Assembly: GCA_050950505.1 (NCBI GenBank)
Contig: JBMNHS010000001.1
Span: 1,088,001-1,152,000, forward strand
Direction of reading: 5' to 3'
Source: Candidatus Methanomethylophilaceae archaeon
GTDB taxonomy: Archaea; Thermoplasmatota; Thermoplasmata; Methanomassiliicoccales; Methanomethylophilaceae
Length of the DNA stretch: 64,000 nucleotides
Made by a program: the position numbers and the translations under genes. Positions 49,806 through 61,030 of this stretch are shown here, one piece after another; position 1 is the stretch's first letter; every line of letters starts with the position of its first letter. The notes under the pieces are model-generated. The model was not told the DNA's origin and made no database searches. It saw nothing but the letters and a program-made list of their open reading frames with translations.

Positions 49806-50059
49806 AGAATTAGCTTCAGTATCAAAATCCACTCATTGATCAATCTATTGACCTAATCTAATTATGAAAAAAATATATTGAAAGAAAAGCACATTTTTCA
49901 ACAGATCTCAATGATCCTCTCCTAATTTACTTGACTGGGAGTCGAGTCAATTAAAGAATATTGGCATACTCAGCGATGTAAAAGAAGATTTTTTAAAATC
50001 AATTATATTTACCTCATAGAAAAAAAACTTCCAGGTTCGAGATTCAAAGAACGAATATT

Positions 50060-52903
50060 TTACGCCGTCAGATATTCGTAAATATCACTTCTCACCGGGC
50101 GTTCCAACTTTAAGTTGAACCTGACGACATTGTATTCTTTGCCCGACTCATCAACATCCGTATCATCGACAGCGCTGGTGACATCAGCCTTTCCCAAATA
50201 GTAGAAATCGACATTGTCGTCAGAATCACTTCGCTTCACGAAGAGATAGTTCGATATTCCCAACTCCTTACTGTTGATAATTTTTTGAATTTCAGGACTC
50301 TCTATCGTCCTGGAATGTTTGGACATCCACTGCATAGTGGAAGAATCAATGAACTTGTCATCATATTCCACAACAGAAGTGATGTTTTCATCTTTGTTGT
50401 AAGTTATGAAGATAGGCATCGATTTTTCATTCATGACGTACCCTCCAATGTTTAAAGATGGCATATACTGTTTCCAATTCAACAATCGCATAACTTCCAT
50501 TCTTTTGTATCGGCCATACATCTTGAATCCGTCATCTACCCTGTCTTTGTATTCATCAGAATAAATTTTCAAACCGCACTTAACGGCATCTTCAACATAA
50601 TATCTGAATTCATGACTTTCAAGGATCTTGTCGAAGTACTCTGATCTGACTATGACTTCATTGACAACGTTGATGAATTCTTCACTTTTATTCCTGTAAG
50701 AGGAATCTAGAACGGAAATTGCAGAATCCAGCGAATCCGTATCGGTTACGTCGATTAGGAATTCTTCTTCAAGAATATCTTTCACCCGTCTTTTCTCAAC
50801 AGATGTATGTTTGAGCAATTCTCTCAATATAACCAATTCCTGTGCCCTCAATCCTGTGGAGAATGTATTGGTTATTGTTTTTAATGCTTTAGATTCAGAT
50901 TCCCCTAGCTTCTCAACACCGGAACCCCTTAACGAAGCCTGAATGTCGTTAAGACTTCCGAATGCGGTTATCACAGCCCGAGGGTCCAATTCTTTACCGT
51001 CATATAATTCTGATAAGGAAATCAGTCGACCATACATATCGACAAGTTTGCTGTAACTTTCTTTGACATAGGCCTTTTTGCTAAGATTCGAACTCGATAT
51101 AGATTCGAATATCTTCTCCTTGGCAATTTCATCAAAACTTACTGTAGACGTGCCGGGAATCAAGGCATTGCCTTTGAACATGAATTGTCTGAGATTGTCC
51201 TTTATGCAACTCTTGTCGCCCGACAGCGCGACGGCTATCAGAAAATTGCTTTTGTAATTTCCTATGAAGTCCAGAACCACCAGGAAATCTTTCAGATCAT
51301 CTCTTCTCCTGAGCCCTCTACCGAGTTGTTGTACGAATATGATTGCAGATTCAGTAGGCCTTAACAAAATCACTTGGTTTACGCTCGGAATGTCAATCCC
51401 TTCGTTGAAGATATCTCGCGTAATGATGTAATCGAGCCCACCTTCATAATCACCTTCCAATCTGTTTATGGCATCCTCGCGTTCCTCATTGGAAGATCTG
51501 CCTGTCAGTGCAATGGTTCTCAATCCTCTTTCGTTGAGTTTAACCGATAATTCCTCACATTCGTCCACATTGCTGCAGAAAATTAACCCTCTCAGCCTCG
51601 ATCCTGAATATCCATAGTATTTCGCTTCATTGAGAATATGATCTGTCCTTTCGTCCGACGTCAACAAATTAAAATCGGCATCTTCACCCAGCAATTCTCC
51701 GTTTACCGTGATATCCCGTATTCCAAAATAATGAAACGGACTCACCATACCGAAATTCATTGCGTCTTTCAAACGAATTTCCTATGCGATGTTATAGTCG
51801 AATGTGCTGAATATTTCTTTGGCATCGGTCCGTTCAGGGGTTGCGGTCATCCCCAACAAAAACTTAGGTTTGAAATAATCGATGATTTTCTTATAATGGG
51901 ATGCGGCGGAACGATGTGCTTCGTCACATACGATATAATCAAAGTAAAACGGATCAAAACGCGATAGATTATGATCCAACGACATTGACTGAGTTGTGGA
52001 AAATAAATAATCCGAATCAAAATCTTTACGTTCGCCCGTAAGTTTACCTGCTTTTATATCCTTGCCAAGTACTTTTTTGTAAGAATCAATGGCATCATTC
52101 AGAATCTTGTCCCGGTGAACCAAAAACAACAAACGTTTGGGGTTGAAATTTTTGACATCAAAGGCTGAAAGATAAGTTTTTCCGGTACCGGTGGCAGAAA
52201 CAATCAACGCCCGATCCTTTCCTGAATCTCTGATGCTTTGCAGGTTCCTCAAAGCATCCATTTGCATCAGATTGGGTTTTGGTGCCTTGTCGGATTCCAA
52301 TTCTATTTTTTCTTCTTCGTGATGTCTCTTTGATTTTTTAAACCGCGGGATATAATCGATGATCCACTCTTCGGTTAGATATTCTGCATTCTCCCACATG
52401 GATTCAAATTCGTTTTGAATTTCGGTGAGGAGCGATACTTCATTGGAAGACACGAGCAGATTCCATTCTTTGTTCTGACACAATGCTCCCGCGGTGAGAT
52501 TGGAACTTCCGACAAGAGCCGTCGTTTTACCGTCTTTGGTAAACATATACGCCTTGGTGTGGAAATTTTCCTTTGTATATATCCTGACGTCAATGTCATC
52601 GAACTCCAAAAGTTTTTCAAGTGCTTCCGGATCATTGAAATTAAGATAATCTGTAGTTAAAATTCGACCTCTTTTGTTTCCTGTGTTGAAACGGCGAAGT
52701 TCTTGCAGTAAAGCGGTCACTCCGCTCATTGAAATGAATGCTACGGAAAAATCAAAACTGTCACAGGTTTCAAGATTTTTTGATACGGTCGTTATGACTT
52801 TCTGCTCGTTCTCAGGGCTGTTGTATATGAAATTCAGATCTTCGGTGCATTCCATATACCGGTTGACGAGATTCGATACTGATTTTGAAGATTCGCCCTG
52901 CAT
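50060..52903 (-). CDS. PLD nuclease-SF2 helicase-DUF3427 protein, one gene with in-frame TAG at 51782-51784
   Basis: FHTKAY...GSSNLT, SATGTGKT, DEAH and MTATPER, then FDYNIA-TAG-EIRLKDA...PFHYFG, FNEGIDIP and QQLGRGLR in the same frame. Confidence 0.85.
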
Positions 52904-53037
52904 TGCTTTAAGAGCTACCGGATTTTATATCAACTTGCCGGAGCCAGATCTAAAGCATTTCGATGCATTAATCGGTACTCTTTAATAAATCTCAACAATT
53001 CTTATGTTAATGTGTTTAAACAACGGAGCCGGATTAA

Positions 53038-53555
53038 TTGATTAAAAATGAAACATATTCCGTATTGTACAACGGATACAGTCTTCCAAACAAACTTTCC
53101 GAGATTGAACATCTGTTAAAAAACGGAATAAAGTATTCTGGTTCGGATCCTCAACAGACACAAAATATCTTTCTGATAAATTTAAAATTTTCTTCAAATA
53201 CCGTTTGCTTCAATCCTATGAAACAAAGATTCGGAACCAATTTACAATAATTGATGGAAATTTTCAACAGAGCCGTAGCCTCTTCGATGAATTGTCAAAA
53301 TCCAATCCTGATTTCAACTCCGGACAATACAGAGTTGAACACGGCCCCAACAAGAACATCGTTGTCAAACCAAGCGCAGGAACAGGAAAGACCACTGTGA
53401 TGATTGACAGAATCATGTACCTTCTCCACGCGAAAGATGCGAATCTTTCTGAAATTGCCATGATCACATTCACCAATAATGCAACCAATCAGATGAGTCG
53501 TCGTGTTCAAAACCAAAAACGATTGTTGATGAAGAACCTGAACAAAAAATTGTAA
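53038..53555 (+). pseudogene. UvrD/REP helicase N-terminal relic
   Basis: PSAGTGKTTVMIDRI and MITFTNNA motifs, then truncated; frameshifted relative to the upstream fragment. Confidence 0.7.
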
Positions 53556-53803
53556 CGAGAGGGTCTCAAACTCATGAATATGATAGAAACATCTCCAGGA
53601 GCAAATTGATTTCCATGTTGAAGTCAGTAAATATTTATCATATTGATCTGGGGCCCAAAGCTCCCGTCTGGATTATAGACGGTCCCGGTGTAGCTGACTA
53701 CATAGAAGACTTTGAAGAGCGGGGATATTCTTTCAAATATTCACCCAATGGTTCTAAAAGCACGCGCGGCAAAGCCGCTTATTTCACATAGCTGAAAGAC
53801 TGA
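53513..53803 (+). pseudogene. Probable C-terminal fragment of another gene; TAG at 53789-53791 followed by LKD-TGA
   Basis: Frame is open upstream of 53606 (PKTIVDEEPEQK...) without a convincing start; 5' limit approximate. Confidence 0.4.
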
Positions 53804-53821
53804 TATCGAAGGTGAATTGAC

Positions 53822-54013
53822 ATGAGATACGCCATCGTAACCCCTCAAGGGTCAACATACGCACCGGACGGCAGTTGCATCGAGAACGTACAGGTTTTGG
53901 CCTTCATAGAGGCATCCGATTCAAATGAAGCCCTGTCTGTGTTCGAAAAAGAATTTCTGCCTGATTTACAGGAAAAGGGTTTCAACGAATACTCCTGCTT
54001 CCCGAAGGAATAA
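53822..54013 (+). CDS. Small hypothetical protein (63 aa)
   Basis: AGGTGA RBS upstream of the ATG; protein-like composition. Confidence 0.6.
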   Translation: MRYAIVTPQGSTYAPDGSCIENVQVLAFIEASDSNEALSVFEKEFLPDLQEKGFNEYSCFPKE

Positions 54014-54033
54014 CAAGAGTATTCGTAATAAAA

Positions 54034-54567
54034 TCAGAAATAACTTCTGCTGTACGAATTGAAACACTCAAGACAGACCTTTTTTCCTTCCTGAATACGA
54101 ATTAAATCTTCGCGTGCCGATTCTTTGCATAATTCGCACTCGACGCTGTTGAAAATCTTGGCTTCCTTGGGGAGATCGAAAGGGGGCTCCTTTATTTCGC
54201 ATATCTTGTCTTTGGGCGCATTGAGGATGTAATTCATCGCTTCATCACGTTCCATCTCCCTGTGGGCTCCTTTCATAACAATACGGACCTTTTTGCCTGA
54301 ATTTCTGTCAAAGAAAGAGTAAGCCTGTTTTCCTCTTATTTTGAAAAGCAGATTTCCTTTGCCCGCGGTGCATGAGAACAACACCTGCACGGCGTCGACA
54401 CTGCAGGCATCGTTTTCGGCAACACACACGATTTCTTCGTCTGAAGCTTTTTCTAAGGGAATACCCAGTTCCTCAGCGCCGATCTCGGCGGCTCTGAAAC
54501 CCAAAGCCAATCCGGGACAGGAATGTCCGTGAAATTCAATGCATTCATTCCAAAGTTTATCATTCAT
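54034..54567 (-). CDS. FmdE-family protein with C-terminal zinc finger
   Basis: FHGHSCPG, CSVDAVQ, CTAGKGNL and CELCKE...CLEC motifs. Confidence 0.88.
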   Translation of the reverse strand: MNDKLWNECIEFHGHSCPGLALGFRAAEIGAEELGIPLEKASDEEIVCVAENDACSVDAVQVLFSCTAGKGNLLFKIRGKQAYSFFDRNSGKKVRIVMKGAHREMERDEAMNYILNAPKDKICEIKEPPFDLPKEAKIFNSVECELCKESAREDLIRIQEGKKVCLECFNSYSRSYF

Positions 54568-54705
54568 GACAGAGGAAATTACGTGATACTATTCAATGAT
54601 TTGTATCTTATTCGTGTTACCGATTTATATTTAAATAATATTTTACTACGTCGGATTCACATACATTTTTTAATCCGGTGTCGGAAATCAAGCAATAATC
54701 AAAAA

Positions 54706-55521
54706 TCAGTCACTTCTTCCATCCGATTCATCGATTTCCCCGGAAAACAAGTTCTTTGTCGACTCCGTTTCACCGGTGGGGTCCTGAGATTGCAGTATAT
54801 TGCCGACAATATCTTTCAGATCGTTCAGCTCTTTCCGGATGTCATCGAGAACTTCCACGGTCGGATCTTTGCTTCTGAAGTACTTGTTTCCCATCAGATG
54901 ATTGGCTTCCAAAACCATGTAGCTGTTGTAAACGTGTCCCGATGAATCTTTGTAAGTGATGTTTACTTCATATTCTATCTCGGATTCCCGTTCTCCCATT
55001 CCGGCAACGGTTCCGAACAACGTTCGTCTACTGTCATTGGGTGGCAAAAATTGAATCGGATATTTTATTATGGATAGGTTATTAAAATTTGAAAATATGG
55101 CGCCGCTTTCCAAAAGTTCTTCTTCCCCCTCCAGAGGCAAAACGCTGATGTTTATATCGTGCGCCGGTGCGTTTCCGCTGTTTTGAACCACGACATAAAC
55201 CAAATGTTCTTTTTCCTCGTATAAGGTGAAATTCACATGCACGTACGGTATTCGGTCGCGTTTCAGCTCTATTGTACTTATGTAACTGAAAACCATCCCC
55301 ACCGCACCGAAACACGCTAAGGCAACGGTTCCTGCAGCCGTCCAATCCCTTGAGTGCCAGTATATCGCAGTTATTATTGTCAGCGATATTAGGACTGACG
55401 TGACGATGGCAAATCCCATCCTGTTCCGTTCAAACCACTTGTTGCGTTCCGACAATTGAATCAACACCCGATTATGTTCAATGATGACTGATTGATATTG
55501 CATTAACGTATAGATATACAA
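54706..55521 (-). CDS. Hypothetical membrane protein (start may be 55419)
   Basis: Two TM helices followed by a beta-rich domain with QNSGNAPA. Confidence 0.6.
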   Translation of the reverse strand: MYIYTLMQYQSVIIEHNRVLIQLSERNKWFERNRMGFAIVTSVLISLTIITAIYWHSRDWTAAGTVALACFGAVGMVFSYISTIELKRDRIPYVHVNFTLYEEKEHLVYVVVQNSGNAPAHDINISVLPLEGEEELLESGAIFSNFNNLSIIKYPIQFLPPNDSRRTLFGTVAGMGERESEIEYEVNITYKDSSGHVYNSYMVLEANHLMGNKYFRSKDPTVEVLDDIRKELNDLKDIVGNILQSQDPTGETESTKNLFSGEIDESDGRSD

Positions 55522-55583
55522 TATCGGTCACAGGTTGCCATATAAATCTTTAAACGGATGTTTTTATCAAAACTCGTTAGAAA

Positions 55584-56192
55584 TCACATCTTTACCAAAA
55601 TTTCTTTAAACTGTTCGGTGGGCACTTCGGGATAATCGATGGTTTCGACACTCTCACGATTCCAATATCTTCCGGCAACCGGATGTTCATCCGTCACTTC
55701 CATGTGATAGAACGTCTTACCGTCATATTCATAAGATCTTCCGTGCCCTCCGTCAAAACACACCGCCGGAAACATATGGCCGTAAATGGTCACATTGACC
55801 ACGTCCAATCCGAGATTATGGGCCAAAGAAACATACAGATTCGCCATGCAATCACAATCCCCGACGCCCAGATCGGCAACGGTTATCGGCACCCCCCAAA
55901 CATCTTCTTCGCCGTAAATATCCTCATCGTGCTTGTATTTGATGTTCTGCTGAATCATCGCCAATACCACTGCGGCCTTTATTCTGTCGTCCCTTCCTTC
56001 CAACTGTGACGCCAGCTGCTCCGCGGCCTCAATTACAGCGGGATCGTCTATGGTGGAATAGTAAGGGAGGAAATCCAGAATTCTTAATGTGGGCACCATT
56101 CCGGCGTAGGGGCTCTTTGACTTGTCAAAGGTCATCTCGTACGTCCTTGCGCCGTAAATGCACTTGAACTTTATCAAATTCTTATTCAGCAT
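55584..56192 (-). CDS. Transglutaminase-like cysteine protease-fold protein
   Basis: GDCDC, GHM and HMEVT catalytic-triad pattern; ATG overlaps the helicase 3' end. Confidence 0.78.
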   Translation of the reverse strand: MLNKNLIKFKCIYGARTYEMTFDKSKSPYAGMVPTLRILDFLPYYSTIDDPAVIEAAEQLASQLEGRDDRIKAAVVLAMIQQNIKYKHDEDIYGEEDVWGVPITVADLGVGDCDCMANLYVSLAHNLGLDVVNVTIYGHMFPAVCFDGGHGRSYEYDGKTFYHMEVTDEHPVAGRYWNRESVETIDYPEVPTEQFKEILVKM

Positions 56193-58320
56193 AGGTAGCA
56201 AGCCTGCCTATCAGTTCGCCTTCCTTCGCGGACCAGAACTTTTTGTCGCAGACGACGATGAGGTTCTTCTTTGCCCGGGACACTGCCGTGTTTATCACTT
56301 TCCGTCCGATGGAAGACTCGTCCATGGTGCTTGTGAATCTCAGCTGAACTTCCCTTTCGACGGTACCGCTGTCGGCGACGCTGAGAATCACGGTATCCCA
56401 CTCCCTTCCCTGGGACCCGTGGACCGTGAGCACGTTTTCTTTAACTTCCGGTAAGGAATTTTTCAAAAGGTTGACTTGGGCGGTGTACGGAGTCAATATG
56501 ATGTATTCGCCGTCCTCCATAGGATTGTCGATGAGGAATTCTCCGATAACCTTCACTTCTTCGTAATTCGCCCGGGTTTCTCTTTTGCCCGCAACGGCAT
56601 CCAAACATTCAATGGCCAAAGGATATTGGGAAACCCCGGTTATCCCGTTCATGTAAATACAATCGTTCAGTATTTCGGCAAAGTTGTTTCCGAATCTGTG
56701 GGACACCGTGAGATCGGCCCTCCGGGTCAGTTCAAACACCGGGTCCAAATCTTCCAGATATGCGTTCTGCAACCATTCTATTCCTTTTGTGAAAAAAGAT
56801 TCCGCGAACAATGCGGGAATATCCCACATGAATCCGTATCTCATGGAGTTGTCATTTTTTATGCCGTCTTCAAGACTGGAACGTTCAACGGCGCACACCG
56901 GAGGGAGTTGCAAATGGTCCCCCAGCATCGTGATGGGGACGTTTTCGGCAAACAGAGGAAGGATGTTGATGAGGTTGCAGTATCCGACTTCATCGACGAA
57001 GATATGATCGGCGTTCAACAGCATCTTATCTCCGATTTCCGGTATCGGGGCGAATCTTCCCATGAACACCTGCGGCGTCATGGCAAGAACTTTGGCATCC
57101 TCCGCTTTCTTGGACGAACTGAACCTTTCGAGCTCCTCCACTTCCTTCCTCAGAGGTTCCATCAGCTCATCGAGTTCTTCGTTGGTCATATTTTTGTACA
57201 TTTCGATGTCCAAAGCGGCACGGGGTCTGTTGTACAGCGTATCGGCGATGATTTTTGCTTTTGTTTTCACATTGTATTCGTCAAAATCATCCGTCAGGTT
57301 TTTGTAGGATTCACTTTCCGACAAAACGGCTTTTATTTCCCGGATGTACGTCCGGACCTGTTTCATTACCCTCTTTTTGCCCGAATAATCGGCATCGGCG
57401 TATTCTTCGCCCATCAACACTTCGATTTCATCGAAGTGGGCTTTGAGAACATCGCATTTTCTCTCGAAGATGACTTCTTCGAGCATTCTCATGGCATTTA
57501 TCTTCGAATGGAGTTTCCCCTGAATCTCTTTGTTTTCGCAAACGTCGGGATAATCCTTTATGAATTCCGACGTGGCCATCCCCAATCTGAGAATGTCCTT
57601 CTTCACGTTTATGAAAATACCGTGGGGATCCTCTATTTCTATTATCTTCAGCAAACCTCTGAGAACCTGCTCCACCGCGTTGTTTGTTGGGGCGAATATT
57701 GCCACACGTTTCCCTTTTCTGATAAGCTCCATCATCGCGGTTGCAAGAACAAATTGTGTCTTCCCCGTTCCGGGAGCACCCCATATGTAGGATAAATCGG
57801 ACGAAAGGATTGTTTTGACGGCTTCCTTCTGTTCTTCCGAAGGCTCCATGCCTTCGGGGAATTTGATGGATTCAATGTCAATTTCCTTTTTGTCGGTTGA
57901 TTCGGGAAGTTCGATTAGGTCTCCAAAATTTTTATAGTAATCTTTGGTCCGGTCAATCAGCCACTTCAGATCGACTATGAGATGTATTTCGTTCCCGGTT
58001 CTGCTCAGGGCTTCTTTGTTGAGAAGAGGCATGACATTTTCGCTCGGGAACAGAACAACGGTTGAAGACAGTTCATCGAATCTGTCAAAAGTTACGTCCG
58101 GTTCGTAAAATAACTTGTTTCCTATGGTCAGTCCGAGACTGGAGGTATCGCGGACCTTCTTTCCCAGAGTCAGTATAACGTGTTCGCCGCAGATGTCGAA
58201 ATCCTCGACCTTTGTCATTACCCTTCCCATGGATTCGTCCGAAAACTGATGAGCTTCGATGTAATCGAAATTCGATTCGCAGGATTCCACGCATATTTCC
58301 TTCAGTGATTTGTTCCCCAT
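56182..58320 (-). CDS. SF1 helicase, DNA2/NAM7/UPF1-like
   Basis: GAPGTGKT, APTNNAV, VDEVG, GDHLQLPPV, TVHGSQGRE and NTAVSRAK motifs. Confidence 0.88.
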   Translation of the reverse strand: MGNKSLKEICVESCESNFDYIEAHQFSDESMGRVMTKVEDFDICGEHVILTLGKKVRDTSSLGLTIGNKLFYEPDVTFDRFDELSSTVVLFPSENVMPLLNKEALSRTGNEIHLIVDLKWLIDRTKDYYKNFGDLIELPESTDKKEIDIESIKFPEGMEPSEEQKEAVKTILSSDLSYIWGAPGTGKTQFVLATAMMELIRKGKRVAIFAPTNNAVEQVLRGLLKIIEIEDPHGIFINVKKDILRLGMATSEFIKDYPDVCENKEIQGKLHSKINAMRMLEEVIFERKCDVLKAHFDEIEVLMGEEYADADYSGKKRVMKQVRTYIREIKAVLSESESYKNLTDDFDEYNVKTKAKIIADTLYNRPRAALDIEMYKNMTNEELDELMEPLRKEVEELERFSSSKKAEDAKVLAMTPQVFMGRFAPIPEIGDKMLLNADHIFVDEVGYCNLINILPLFAENVPITMLGDHLQLPPVCAVERSSLEDGIKNDNSMRYGFMWDIPALFAESFFTKGIEWLQNAYLEDLDPVFELTRRADLTVSHRFGNNFAEILNDCIYMNGITGVSQYPLAIECLDAVAGKRETRANYEEVKVIGEFLIDNPMEDGEYIILTPYTAQVNLLKNSLPEVKENVLTVHGSQGREWDTVILSVADSGTVEREVQLRFTSTMDESSIGRKVINTAVSRAKKNLIVVCDKKFWSAKEGELIGRLATYAE

Positions 58321-58369
58321 TTTTGCTTCCCCGTTTTTTGAATGATATTCTGATTTTCCCCCGTCAGAA

Positions 58370-61030
58370 TCAAACGTACCATTTCAGATGCTGCAGCGTT
58401 GCGTCATCGGGATACAGAGTTTCCAATCTGTTCAGAACCGTTTTTGCGAAATCTTTTCTGACATTCACATACTTGTTGAACAAGCGGATTAAACTGTGTT
58501 TGCATTCCGTATCTGTCTGTATCTTTAATATCTGAGCCTCGACTTCACCGTAAAGCTTCCTGGCCATCACGTCAGGCATTCTTTCCCCGTAAGCATTTTT
58601 TAAGAATAAATCCTCAAGATTCTCCCCTCTGTAATCGTCCGAGTACCGTTCATCGGCAATCATGGACTCGAAATATTTGGGATTTAATTCTCCTTCATAG
58701 GTTCCGTAATGATATCCTATACTTTCGGGCAGAACATTCCGTCTTATAGCGGAAGAATCGATTTCAACATCAATCTCTTTCGGAACGAGAAGGATTTTTC
58801 TGACGTCCTCCATTCCGAAATCATCAACGGTTATCTGGTTAACGGTTATTTCTTCAAACCCTTCTTCGTCAAATTCTGCCACGCCGTCTTCGAAGGAAAC
58901 GGTTGCGGAGTCCCCGTTTTCATAATCGATTACGAGCCTGTACGAAACATTGCCGGCAACATTGTTAACGACTCTGACCTGTCCGTCGGCGATGATATAA
59001 CCTGCGTTTACCGAAATGGGAAATATCATTTTGCTCATTCCTTGGCCGACTCCCCAGTTATAATATACTAAAAATCGGGGACTGTTCACATAGGGTGCAA
59101 TCTTTGTAATTTCAGTCAGATTGAAGGTATTGACACCGTTTTCAAAAACTCCTTTCAAAGGGGAAGCTTCCGACACAGATATGGACAGATATCCTCCGTC
59201 TTTGTCCGGAGTTTTCACGTGAAGCAGATCCGATTTCAGATCTTTGTAGTAATATTTCTTGGAATTGAAGATGAGCCAATCCTTTCGGTTGAAACTGTAT
59301 CTGAACGAGGGTATGTCGACGGTTATGTCATATACTCTTCCTCGGCTGGATTCAAAGGGAAATGTGACCTTATCATCCCTCGCAGAATTGAATTCAATCG
59401 AATCGTTGACATTCCAGTTAATTACCAGGCGACCGTTTTCTCCGAAGTAAACTTCCTTGTCAAATGTGCAAGTAAACCCGGGAATGTAGAGATATTTCAG
59501 CGACTTGTAACTTCGGTTAAATTTGAATTTGTACACTCCTTCCCCATAACCTCTCAAAATAGTTTCCAGGTCTAATTCCACATGAACTTTGTCGCAGAAA
59601 GACACTTTGTATCCTGGCGGCAGGGATTCGCGGCATTTTTTAAAATCGAGCTCCCTTATCTTTGATTCGTCCTTCCATACGGTAAGGCGCAGAAGATCCA
59701 ATCGATCCTCTTCTGATTCCAAACTTATCGAAGGATGACTGGGATAGAGACTCCATTCATCCCCGTTGGAATCCGTACAGAGTAGATTCAATTCATTGTC
59801 CGATATATCGAAGAAGTCTCCGAAAGGTTTGTGGATTAGGTATTCAATGCCGTTGATTTTGACGGAATCCCCGCGTTCAAGATAGAGCATGTTGACAATC
59901 AGATTATCATTCTCATGTAGCACGGAAGTCTCCGTATCGATTGTCACTTCAGGTTTCCTTGCAACGTAATTAACTCCTCTGGACAGATTTCTTGACGATT
60001 TTCCATCATAGGAGAATATCAAATAATCCACGTTTGAGGATTCGAATTTCCTGTTTCCTGCAGTGATTGTGAAATTATCAAAGGGGTTTAGTCCGTATTC
60101 GCGGAGGTTGACCCATCTGTGTTCGGTGAGGGTATACCCTTGGAACGTTCTTTCCCTGAGGCGTATCTTTTCAAAAACCTTTCCCTTCCCATCCTTTATA
60201 TATGCGTAAGGTTCACCCTGTCCGTGGAACAGAATTTCAGGAATGAATATCCTGAAAATCATGGTTTTTATGTCGAAGTGCATACGGATTTCGCCTCCGA
60301 TCTTTCCTTTACTGAGATTTCCCGCAAGCTTCTCCGCAATCCACTTCTTGAAAGAACTCTCATGGATTCCCAATGATGTGCCCTCGTCTTCAGGGGAGTT
60401 GATTCTGATAAGAATCTTCTTTGCCACCGGACCGAAAATTTTGAAATCGGAAAAGGCGAGTTTCATGGGAACTATCAAAGCTGTGTCGAAAATGCTCCCT
60501 TTGTCCTCATTGTTCTCAACTGATGTTTCATCGGCGAGATTGTTCAGCGCCTCATCCATTCCGTCAAGACTTCCGTTCAGAACAGAATCGTATAACATAT
60601 ACATGAAATCAAACAGTTTCGAACTGTATTCGTCAGGAATGAAGGCGTGCATCAGAATCATGTTCACATAGGTTCTTCCGCCTCTTTCAACCCAGGCCAA
60701 ACCGTGATCTTCGATTGTTGATTTGAACAGGTCTGACAGTTTGGACTGTTTGGAAGTTGTGCGTTTTTCTATGTCGGAAAGTCTCCAGAAGTTGTCCCAG
60801 TACATTCCGTCGTTGTACTCGCGCTGACCGACATCCATCATGTAGTAACAGGACGAGAGGTTGTATTCCGCAACTCCTTCGAGAGCCTTTTCCAATATCG
60901 TCGCTGAATTGTCTCGTATGAACTGACGTTCGGATGGTTCCAAGTTCAGTTCCGAAAGCAGCATTATGTCGTTTTCAATGATTTGGGATTTCATTTTTTC
61001 GTTTATTTTCCTTATTGTTGAAGGAATCAT
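58370..61030 (-). CDS. Large unknown protein (886 aa), DruF/DruH-like partner of the DUF1998 helicase
   Basis: GGAGGTGA RBS and ATGA overlap with the helicase stop; helical N-terminus (YNDGMYW...GRTYVNMILMHAFIP) followed by a long beta-rich region. Confidence 0.65.
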   Translation of the reverse strand: MIPSTIRKINEKMKSQIIENDIMLLSELNLEPSERQFIRDNSATILEKALEGVAEYNLSSCYYMMDVGQREYNDGMYWDNFWRLSDIEKRTTSKQSKLSDLFKSTIEDHGLAWVERGGRTYVNMILMHAFIPDEYSSKLFDFMYMLYDSVLNGSLDGMDEALNNLADETSVENNEDKGSIFDTALIVPMKLAFSDFKIFGPVAKKILIRINSPEDEGTSLGIHESSFKKWIAEKLAGNLSKGKIGGEIRMHFDIKTMIFRIFIPEILFHGQGEPYAYIKDGKGKVFEKIRLRERTFQGYTLTEHRWVNLREYGLNPFDNFTITAGNRKFESSNVDYLIFSYDGKSSRNLSRGVNYVARKPEVTIDTETSVLHENDNLIVNMLYLERGDSVKINGIEYLIHKPFGDFFDISDNELNLLCTDSNGDEWSLYPSHPSISLESEEDRLDLLRLTVWKDESKIRELDFKKCRESLPPGYKVSFCDKVHVELDLETILRGYGEGVYKFKFNRSYKSLKYLYIPGFTCTFDKEVYFGENGRLVINWNVNDSIEFNSARDDKVTFPFESSRGRVYDITVDIPSFRYSFNRKDWLIFNSKKYYYKDLKSDLLHVKTPDKDGGYLSISVSEASPLKGVFENGVNTFNLTEITKIAPYVNSPRFLVYYNWGVGQGMSKMIFPISVNAGYIIADGQVRVVNNVAGNVSYRLVIDYENGDSATVSFEDGVAEFDEEGFEEITVNQITVDDFGMEDVRKILLVPKEIDVEIDSSAIRRNVLPESIGYHYGTYEGELNPKYFESMIADERYSDDYRGENLEDLFLKNAYGERMPDVMARKLYGEVEAQILKIQTDTECKHSLIRLFNKYVNVRKDFAKTVLNRLETLYPDDATLQHLKWYV

